A DNA stretch of 64,000 bases from an uncultured virus (IMG/VR IMGVR_UViG_3300020362_000001) (lineage: Duplodnaviria > Heunggongvirae > Uroviricota > Caudoviricetes): the IMG/VR virus record IMGVR_UViG_3300020362_000001. One strand, 5' to 3'. Both the position numbers and the translations under genes were made by a program. The notes below the pieces were generated by a model that was not told the origin of the DNA, did no database searches, and saw only the letters and a list, made by a program, of their open reading frames with translations. Shown one piece after another: positions 39,078-45,962 of this stretch; within the stretch, counting starts at the first letter, position 1, and each line of letters begins with the position of its first letter.

Positions 39078-39849
39078 TCATGAAGTACCTCGTTGTTTAT
39101 TAAATAATAGTCGTGAATGGAATGACTATGATTATTGTCTTCCTCATCTTTTAGATCAAGATGAAGAATATAAAAATTTCTTCTATGAATCTAAAAAACT
39201 AGGTCGTTATATAATAATGGATAATTCACTTCATGAATTAGGTAGATCATATGATTTTAAAAGATTACATTATTGGATTAAAGAATTAGAACCTAATGAA
39301 TTTATTGTGCCCGATATTTGGATGGAACATGCCCAAACAGTATCTATGGCTAAATACTGGAAACAATTTAAATATCCTAAAGGTACTACTCCTACAGCTG
39401 TAATACAGGGTAAAGATAAAAATGCTGCTTATTTATGTGCTGGACTATTAGATGGTTTAGGTTATAAAAAATTATGTATTTCATATGGTGCTAGTTGGTA
39501 TAATGATTTTTTTCCTCATACTAATGAAGATTTAGGAAAATCATTAGGTAGAATAAGATTTGTAAATGGTTTATTAAAATTAAGTCAATATAAAGATACT
39601 AAATTTCATTTATTAGGTTGTTCTGTACCTCAAGAATTTGGGTGGTATGATAATTATCCACAAATAGAATCAATAGATACCTCAAATCCTATTATGGCTG
39701 CTTTAGAGGGAACTATTTATAGCAATAATGGTTTAAATGAAAAACCAAAAGCTAATATGAATGAATATTTTAATATTGATCCTAATAAGGTAAAATATGA
39801 AGATATTTTGGAGAACGTAAATAAGTTTCGTATAATTAATAATATATAA
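39067..39849 (+). CDS. dpdA: TGT-fold protein, probable DpdA-type 7-deazaguanine transglycosylase (ATG 39067)
   Basis: IMDNSLHE, FIVPD, AVIQG, FHLLG, ESIDTS; between queD and queC. Confidence 0.7.
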   Translation: MKVSHEVPRCLLNNSREWNDYDYCLPHLLDQDEEYKNFFYESKKLGRYIIMDNSLHELGRSYDFKRLHYWIKELEPNEFIVPDIWMEHAQTVSMAKYWKQFKYPKGTTPTAVIQGKDKNAAYLCAGLLDGLGYKKLCISYGASWYNDFFPHTNEDLGKSLGRIRFVNGLLKLSQYKDTKFHLLGCSVPQEFGWYDNYPQIESIDTSNPIMAALEGTIYSNNGLNEKPKANMNEYFNIDPNKVKYEDILENVNKFRIINNI

Positions 39850-40025
39850 TGATAGAATTTTTTAGACACTTAACGGGAATTTGTTTAGATCATTGGCATC
39901 CAAATATTTGGACAGTGGCTGCAGGTTCCCCTATTATAGCTTCTACTATTTATTATGTAAAATGTAAATGTGGGGGTTGGTTTAATCATAAAAAAGATTG
40001 TGAGAATAGATTCACAAATGAATAG
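39849..40025 (+). CDS. Small Cys/His-rich membrane protein (58 aa)
   Basis: MIEFFRHLTGICLDHWHPNIW..CKCGGWFNHKKDC; TAATG coupling; promoter at 39807. Confidence 0.55.
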   Translation: MIEFFRHLTGICLDHWHPNIWTVAAGSPIIASTIYYVKCKCGGWFNHKKDCENRFTNE

Positions 40026-40034
40026 TTTTAACAC

Positions 40035-40070
40035 AGCGTTTGCCTATACGCTTAGTAATACCTGGCAAAA
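40035..40070 (+). promoter_or_regulatory. Candidate pseudoknot leader of queC
   Basis: AGCGT/ACGCT stem; loop TTGCC complementary to downstream GGCAA. Confidence 0.5.
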
Positions 40071-40088
40071 ATTAATTAATTATTTATC

Positions 40089-40883
40089 ATGGCAAAAAAT
40101 GTCGTAGTATCCTTATCTGGAGGGATGGATTCCTCAACTTTACTACTCAGATGTTTATCAGAGTATGACAATGTAACAGCTTTATCTTTTGATTATGGTC
40201 AAAAGCATAGAGTAGAACTTGAAAGAGCTCAATCATTAGTAGATTATTTAAATACTAATGGTCAGAGTATTAAATATCAAGTTATAAAATTAGATGGTCT
40301 CGTTAATTTACTAAATTCAGCTTTAGTAACTGGCGGAGATGATGTACCAGAAGGTCATTATGAAGAAGATAATATGAAAGCTACTGTAGTACCTAATAGA
40401 AATAAAATATTTGCATCATTAGTACAGGCAGTTGCCTTATCCGAAGCAAATTCAAATGGTTTAGAAACCGATATTGCTCTGGGTATTCATGCTGGTGATC
40501 ACGCTATTTATCCTGATTGTAGACAAGAATTTAGAGATGCAGATGATGCAGCTTTTAGGATTGGTAATTGGGAAGCAGATAAAGTAGGATATTTTACACC
40601 CTATTTAGAAACAGATAAACTTGGAATTTTAAAAGATGGACAAAAATTGGTTAAAGAGCTCGGAATTGAGTTTAATGAGGTGTACAAACGTACTAATACA
40701 TCTTATAAGCCCTATCCTAGCGGGAATAGCGACTATAAATCAGCTTCATCTGTTGAAAGGATTGAAGCATTTATCAACTTGGGCGTGGACGATCCTGTAC
40801 AATACGAGGATGAAACTGGACCAGTCGATTACAACGTTGCGAAAACACATGTTGAAAAATTATTAGCAGAATACGCAGCATGA
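40089..40883 (+). CDS. queC: 7-cyano-7-deazaguanine synthase (lacks Zn-binding cysteines)
   Basis: SLSGGMDS, FDYGQKH, VPNRN, HAGDHAIYPDCR. Confidence 0.9.
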   Translation: MAKNVVVSLSGGMDSSTLLLRCLSEYDNVTALSFDYGQKHRVELERAQSLVDYLNTNGQSIKYQVIKLDGLVNLLNSALVTGGDDVPEGHYEEDNMKATVVPNRNKIFASLVQAVALSEANSNGLETDIALGIHAGDHAIYPDCRQEFRDADDAAFRIGNWEADKVGYFTPYLETDKLGILKDGQKLVKELGIEFNEVYKRTNTSYKPYPSGNSDYKSASSVERIEAFINLGVDDPVQYEDETGPVDYNVAKTHVEKLLAEYAA

Positions 40884-41218
40884 AAAAAATAATCTTATTT
40901 TTATTTTTATTTACTTCATTCTTATCCGGGCAAAGTGGCCCTAATCCCGAGATGTATGGATTATGGAAAAACCTAGATGGAGAATATGTTAGTATACAGC
41001 TCAATAATACTTTTCAAAGGTTTGAAATTAATCCTATTACTAAACAAAGAATACCCATTTCTAGTGGTACTTTAGAGGTAGTAGATAATGAATTACATAT
41101 AGTTCGTAAGGACACTATTGATAGCTATCAATTAGGATTTTTTGTTAATATGACTACTATGGTAATTACAAAACCTAGAAGTAGACGAGCATGGCTTTGG
41201 TTTAAAATTGGAAACTAA
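40880..41218 (+). CDS. Secreted protein with signal peptide
   Basis: MKKIILFLFLFTSFLSGQ N-terminus. Confidence 0.55.
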   Translation: MKKIILFLFLFTSFLSGQSGPNPEMYGLWKNLDGEYVSIQLNNTFQRFEINPITKQRIPISSGTLEVVDNELHIVRKDTIDSYQLGFFVNMTTMVITKPRSRRAWLWFKIGN

Positions 41219-41231
41219 AGTGTAATATAGT

Positions 41232-41253
41232 GGAGGGGGTTAAAACCCCCTTC
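41232..41253 (+). terminator. Hairpin, probable terminator
   Basis: GGAGGGGGT-TAAA-ACCCCCTTC; weak U tract. Confidence 0.6.
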
Positions 41254-41302
41254 TCTGTTATTACTGATTTCTTCATATTTATAGTATATAAACCTGCTTT
41301 AA

Positions 41303-42694
41303 ATGTCTACACTTACTAATAGAACCATTAAATCTACTTATCAGCAGCTGCTACAAGTAGAGAATAATGTTGTACAAGATGGACTCGGCACTTCTTCACT
41401 AAGTGCTTCATTTGACCTTACTGGATTAGAAAATATTACTGGATCACTAAACGTTAGTGGTACTACTGATTTAATAGGTAGTGCTTCCGTATCAGGTAGT
41501 ATGAGAATTAGTGGTACATTTGAAGTATTAGGTACAGCCTCCATTTCACATTTAATTACTACTTATGAATCCTCTTCTATTATATATGCAAGTGGATCTA
41601 CTAAATTTGGAGATGATACATCAGATACTCACCAGCGCACTGGTAGTATGACTATTTCAGGATCATTATTTAGTACTAACATTAGTGGTACATTTAGTGG
41701 TTCATATAAGGGAGATGCTAGTGGATTAACAGGTACAGTTACTTCTTCATTTGCGGAAAGTGCTAGTTTTGCCACTTCAGGTACTTATGCTTTAAGTTCT
41801 AGTGAAGCTACTACAGCAACAAATGTATTTGTATTACCCAAAAATACAGATGGCTCAACGCATTTTGTTTTATTTTCACAAGGTGTATCAGGTAGTTTTA
41901 GAGCAAATTCAGATTCAGGATTAAGTTATGTCCCTTCTACTAATACATTAACAGCAACTAAATTTATAGGTGCTTTAGAAGGAAATGCTACAACGGCAGA
42001 TACAGCATCAGTAGTATTAGGTACGATATTATCCGCCTCTTTTGCCTTAACTGCTTCACATGCTGAAAGTCAGTCAGTAGTTAATATTACATCTGGTTCA
42101 TTTGCAGCAAGTGGTGATGGTCCATTTACTGGATCCTTCTCTAGTAGTAGAGCATCAACTTTATCAGGCTCATTTACTGGTTCTTCTACTGGCTCATTTA
42201 CTGGTAGTGGTGCAGGATTAGTAGGAGTAGTAACTAGTTCATTTGCTATAACGGCTTCCCACGCACTTAATTCCGGTGGTGGTTCTGGAGCAGGATTTCC
42301 ATTTTCAGGTTCACGAGCTGATGTTACTGCCTCTTTAAATGTTACAGGTGGTATAGCTAATTTTACTGCAAGTATGGTAGTTGATGGAGCTCTTAGTGCT
42401 ACATCTATAACAGAAACCTCAGCATTAAAATATAAAGAAAATATTAATGAAATTACATCTTCTGATATAATTTATAACTTAAGACCGGTTACTTTTGATT
42501 GGAAAAAAGATGGTTCTCATGATGTTGGTCTTATAGCAGAAGAAGTTGGAGATCATATGCCCGAACTAGTTAGTAAAGATAAAGAAGGTAATGTTGAGGG
42601 AGTTAAATACTCCAAATTAACCTCTTTATTGATTAAAGCAGTTCAGGATCAACAAAAAGAAATAGACGAATTAAAAAGTTTATTAAAAAAATAA
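41303..42694 (+). CDS. Displaced tail fibre paralogue with S74-like chaperone
   Basis: GSF.GS repeats; ETSALKYKENI..LRPVTFDWK..GLIAEEV; own TATTTAT. Confidence 0.8.
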   Translation: MSTLTNRTIKSTYQQLLQVENNVVQDGLGTSSLSASFDLTGLENITGSLNVSGTTDLIGSASVSGSMRISGTFEVLGTASISHLITTYESSSIIYASGSTKFGDDTSDTHQRTGSMTISGSLFSTNISGTFSGSYKGDASGLTGTVTSSFAESASFATSGTYALSSSEATTATNVFVLPKNTDGSTHFVLFSQGVSGSFRANSDSGLSYVPSTNTLTATKFIGALEGNATTADTASVVLGTILSASFALTASHAESQSVVNITSGSFAASGDGPFTGSFSSSRASTLSGSFTGSSTGSFTGSGAGLVGVVTSSFAITASHALNSGGGSGAGFPFSGSRADVTASLNVTGGIANFTASMVVDGALSATSITETSALKYKENINEITSSDIIYNLRPVTFDWKKDGSHDVGLIAEEVGDHMPELVSKDKEGNVEGVKYSKLTSLLIKAVQDQQKEIDELKSLLKK

Positions 42695-42695
42695 A

Positions 42696-42768
42696 TTCCC
42701 GTGTGGACTGGGAACATAATATAGTCGCGGGTGGAGAGAACGCATCCGGAAAAAGCGTTACATATGTT
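42696..42768 (+). ncRNA. Candidate structured cis-regulatory RNA upstream of a YRG peptide
   Basis: GC-rich; TTCCCG/TGGGAA hairpin, CGGGTG/CATCCG stem, AACG/CGTT pseudoknot. Confidence 0.5.
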
Positions 42769-42790
42769 TAAATTTTTAAAATCTAAATGT

Positions 42791-42847
42791 ATGAAAAATG
42801 AATATATATATAGAGGAATAAAATATACTTCTACAGGTATAAAATAA
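42791..42847 (+). CDS. 18-aa YRG-motif peptide (DUF4278-like)
   Basis: MKNEYIYRGIKYTSTGIK between a structured leader and a terminator. Confidence 0.55.
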   Translation: MKNEYIYRGIKYTSTGIK

Positions 42848-42850
42848 ATT

Positions 42851-42875
42851 AAGGGGCTTTAGGCCCCTTTTTTTT
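42851..42875 (+). terminator. Intrinsic terminator
   Basis: AAGGGGC-TTTAG-GCCCCTT followed by T-run. Confidence 0.85.
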
Positions 42876-42976
42876 AAAAAAAAAGTAAATAAATTTGGTT
42901 TTCTTAAATAGTTATATTATATTGGAACCAAATTTGGTTCAAGTGACTGTAAAACCACTATAAAAAATTAACATTT

Positions 42977-43750
42977 ATGCTTAAACGAATCGAGGACTAT
43001 AATAAAGTTCTCCCAATCCTAGAATTATATACAGCAGTACAATCAGAGGGCAGCAGACAAGGCTACCCTACTATTGTTGTTAGAACATCAGGTTGCACTC
43101 ACCGTTGTTATTTTGGCGAAGGTGGATGGTGTGATTCTTGGTATACAAGTATTCATCCCGAAAAAGGTAAATATAGTTTTCAAGATATAATTGATATGTA
43201 CGATGCAAATCCTCATATTAGTGAAATGATGTTAACTGGTGGTTCACCCACTATGCACCCTAAAATAGTAAACGAATTAACACATTTAGCTAATGAAAGA
43301 GATATTTTTATCACTATCGAAACTGAAGGAAGTCATTTTCTTGCTACTGATTATCCCATTAATCTTCTTAGTATTAGTCCTAAGTTTTCCAATAGTGTTC
43401 CTGTACTGGGAGTGGAAACACCGCAAGGTGCGATCACTGATCAAAAAATGATTGATAGACATAATAAATTTAGAGTAAATAAAGATGCAATTAAAAAAAG
43501 TATTGATTATCACCTTGATTACCATATCAAGCCTGTCCTTGACAAAGACTTATCAATGGTTAAAGAGGTTGAAGAGTTCCTTAAAGATTTAGAAATTCCA
43601 GACCATAAAGTATGGGCTATGCCAGCTGGTGATGATAGAGAAGCCTTATTTGAAAGTTATGGTCCTGTAATGAATTTTGTAAGAGATAGAGGTTGGAGAT
43701 ATACAGGTAGATCTCATATAATGGCTTTTGGAACTGAAAGATGTGTTTAA
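42977..43750 (+). CDS. queE: 7-carboxy-7-deazaguanine synthase (radical SAM)
   Basis: ELY.AVQSEG, CTHRC..WCD, LTGGSP, IETEGS, SISPK. Confidence 0.9.
   Translation: MLKRIEDYNKVLPILELYTAVQSEGSRQGYPTIVVRTSGCTHRCYFGEGGWCDSWYTSIHPEKGKYSFQDIIDMYDANPHISEMMLTGGSPTMHPKIVNELTHLANERDIFITIETEGSHFLATDYPINLLSISPKFSNSVPVLGVETPQGAITDQKMIDRHNKFRVNKDAIKKSIDYHLDYHIKPVLDKDLSMVKEVEEFLKDLEIPDHKVWAMPAGDDREALFESYGPVMNFVRDRGWRYTGRSHIMAFGTERCV
43293..43451 (+). CDS. Putative nested +1-frame membrane microprotein (52 aa)
   Basis: MKEIFLSLSKLKEVIFLLLIIPLIFLVLVLSFPIVFLYWEWKHRKVRSLIKK. Confidence 0.4.
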   Translation: MKEIFLSLSKLKEVIFLLLIIPLIFLVLVLSFPIVFLYWEWKHRKVRSLIKK

Positions 43751-44002
43751 ATGAGTTATATTATAGGTAAAGCATGTATTGGAGTTAAGGATAGTGCCTG
43801 TATAGCGGCATGTCCTGTAGATTGTATCCATACAGGTGAAGAACAAATGTACATTGACCCTGAAGAATGTATAAATTGCGGTGCGTGTGTACCAGAATGT
43901 CCAGTAGAAGCCATTTTCGAGGATGAAGATGAAGCTATAGAGGCTGGAGAATTAGATTCAGTAAAAGCAAATTACAAATTTTTTGATTTAGAATATGAGT
44001 AG
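43751..44002 (+). CDS. Ferredoxin (7Fe/8Fe type)
   Basis: CIGVKDSACIAACPVDCI..CINCGACVPECP. Confidence 0.92.
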   Translation: MSYIIGKACIGVKDSACIAACPVDCIHTGEEQMYIDPEECINCGACVPECPVEAIFEDEDEAIEAGELDSVKANYKFFDLEYE

Positions 44003-44684
44003 AAAAAAGAAGTTTACAGATTTAGAATCTGTACCTGTAGGTTATGCAAATGGTGTTGCACCTGGTTTTCCATTAAATGATAAGGAAAAAACTAAAATGA
44101 TAGAACGTGCGGCTAAAGCGTACGGTAAATTCTTAAGTGAATTAAAATGTGATTGGGAAAATGATCCTAATTCACAAGATACTCCAAGAAGAGTAGCAAA
44201 AGCATATGTAAATGATTTATGGGAAGGTAGATACACCGCTATGAGTGAAATTACTTCTTTCCCTAGTGATGGATATGATGGAATAGTGATTGAAAGAAAC
44301 ATACCTATTACTTCTATGTGTTCACACCATCATCAAACTATAAGAGGTTTAGTACATATTGGTTATGTAGTAGATGAAGATGGTAGAGTAATTGGTTTAT
44401 CTAAACTAAATAGAATAGTAGAATTATTTGCCAGAAGAGGAGCAATACAAGAACAACTTACTTCTGCTATACATAATGCCGTGGATACTATTTGTGAAAA
44501 TAATAAAGGAGTTATTGTTACAGTAGTGGCTACACATAATTGTGTTAGCTGTAGAGGTGTTAAACATAATGGTGCTTCAATGGTTACAACTAAAGCATCT
44601 GGTGTGTTTATGGAAAATGAAAATTTAGCTCGTAAAGAGTTTTTTGATAGTATAAAAATTAATAATGGAAATCACCCTGTATAA
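43995..44684 (+). CDS. folE: GTP cyclohydrolase I
   Basis: DTPRRVAK, SMCSHH, GLSKLNR, QEQLT, HNCVSCRGV. Confidence 0.95.
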   Translation: MSRKKKFTDLESVPVGYANGVAPGFPLNDKEKTKMIERAAKAYGKFLSELKCDWENDPNSQDTPRRVAKAYVNDLWEGRYTAMSEITSFPSDGYDGIVIERNIPITSMCSHHHQTIRGLVHIGYVVDEDGRVIGLSKLNRIVELFARRGAIQEQLTSAIHNAVDTICENNKGVIVTVVATHNCVSCRGVKHNGASMVTTKASGVFMENENLARKEFFDSIKINNGNHPV

Positions 44685-45076
44685 TGTTAGTATTAGATAA
44701 AAAATTACTTTTAAGTTGGAGAGATCTTGATGATCTTATAGAAATACTATGTAAAAAAATAACAGAAGAATTACCTAATATAGATTCAGTACATGGTATA
44801 GCAAGAGGTGGTTTAATACCAGCGGTATTAATTTCACATCAATTAGGATTAAAATATACTAATGAAATTTATCCTAATACCCTAGTAGTAGATGATATTT
44901 GTGATTCGGGTGAAACATTAAAAAATGCACCTGGAGTTTATACTGCCACTTTACATTATAAAAAATCAGCAATAGTAAAACCTACTTTATATGCTAAATT
45001 AGTAGAGGCAGAAGATAATTGGGTTGTATATCCCTGGGAAAGACATGATAGTGCACCCGTAAGAGACAATACATGA
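44684..45076 (+). CDS. Type I phosphoribosyltransferase (Gpt/Hpt-like)
   Basis: GIARGGLIPA, LVVDDICDSGETL, WVVYPWE. Confidence 0.88.
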   Translation: MLVLDKKLLLSWRDLDDLIEILCKKITEELPNIDSVHGIARGGLIPAVLISHQLGLKYTNEIYPNTLVVDDICDSGETLKNAPGVYTATLHYKKSAIVKPTLYAKLVEAEDNWVVYPWERHDSAPVRDNT

Positions 45077-45438
45077 AAGAATTTGATCCAAAACAAGAAT
45101 CAGAAGGATTAGGAGATACAATAGCTAAATTTACTAATGCTACTGGTTTAGATAAGGTAGCTGAAGCAGTAGCTAAATTAGCTGGTGCAGAAGATTGTGG
45201 TTGTAATAGAAGAAGAAAAAAACTAAATAAAGTTATACCTTATAAAAAAACTCCCAAAAATAAACCTTTAAAAGAAATAGTTGGTACTTATGAGGTTATT
45301 GGTGAAATTTATTGTAAATTACCAGGTATAGGTAATACGGTTTTAAATAAAGGTACTATTTTAACCGTAGATAAGAACCATCCTTTATATGAGGATATAG
45401 AATTTTATTATAATGAAAAAATACTTAAAAAGTTATGA
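45073..45438 (+). CDS. Hypothetical phage protein
   Basis: GLGDTIAKFT..DCGCNRRR motif. Confidence 0.55.
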   Translation: MKEFDPKQESEGLGDTIAKFTNATGLDKVAEAVAKLAGAEDCGCNRRRKKLNKVIPYKKTPKNKPLKEIVGTYEVIGEIYCKLPGIGNTVLNKGTILTVDKNHPLYEDIEFYYNEKILKKL

Positions 45439-45962
45439 GTAAACAATTATCACTATTTCCAGAAGATAATTATGTTCCATTTGTTAGTGAGGTAGAACAA
45501 TTTAATAAATTAATGAATAAACCTAATAATTATGAACCTACCATTCCCGGAAAAAAAGACTGGCAATTCGTCATTGATTTTGTCAAGGAAGAACTTGAGG
45601 AGTATGAACAAGCTTGCAAAAACGGAGATATCGTGGAAATTTTGGACGCTTTGTGTGACATTGCTTATGTTTCCCTTGGGAACGGTACTATGTTACATGG
45701 CCTTAAGGATAAGATATGGCCGGCATATCAGGAAGTACAAGCATCAAATTTATCAAAAGCTTGCCAATCTCAAGAAGAAGCCAGACTAACAGTTGAAAAA
45801 CGTAGTAAAGAACAGGGTGAACCATGTCACTGGGAGGAAGTATCTGATATGTATATTGTGTATCGGACTAGAGACCGCAAAGTAATGAAATCTATAAATT
45901 ATTTTAGGCCGGATCTAGAAAAATTCTTTACTAATGAAGAACTTACTAAATTTAATAAATAA
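45435..45962 (+). CDS. MazG-like/all-alpha NTP pyrophosphohydrolase
   Basis: EELEEY..EILDALCDIAYV..EVQASNLSK..KVMKS.NY..PDL. Confidence 0.8.
   Translation: MSKQLSLFPEDNYVPFVSEVEQFNKLMNKPNNYEPTIPGKKDWQFVIDFVKEELEEYEQACKNGDIVEILDALCDIAYVSLGNGTMLHGLKDKIWPAYQEVQASNLSKACQSQEEARLTVEKRSKEQGEPCHWEEVSDMYIVYRTRDRKVMKSINYFRPDLEKFFTNEELTKFNK
45532..45789 (+). CDS. Putative nested +1-frame membrane microprotein (alternative start 45604)
   Basis: WKFWTLCVTLLMFPLGTVLCYMAL followed by RIRYGRHIRKYK; locally raised GC. Confidence 0.45.
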   Translation: MNLPFPEKKTGNSSLILSRKNLRSMNKLAKTEISWKFWTLCVTLLMFPLGTVLCYMALRIRYGRHIRKYKHQIYQKLANLKKKPD

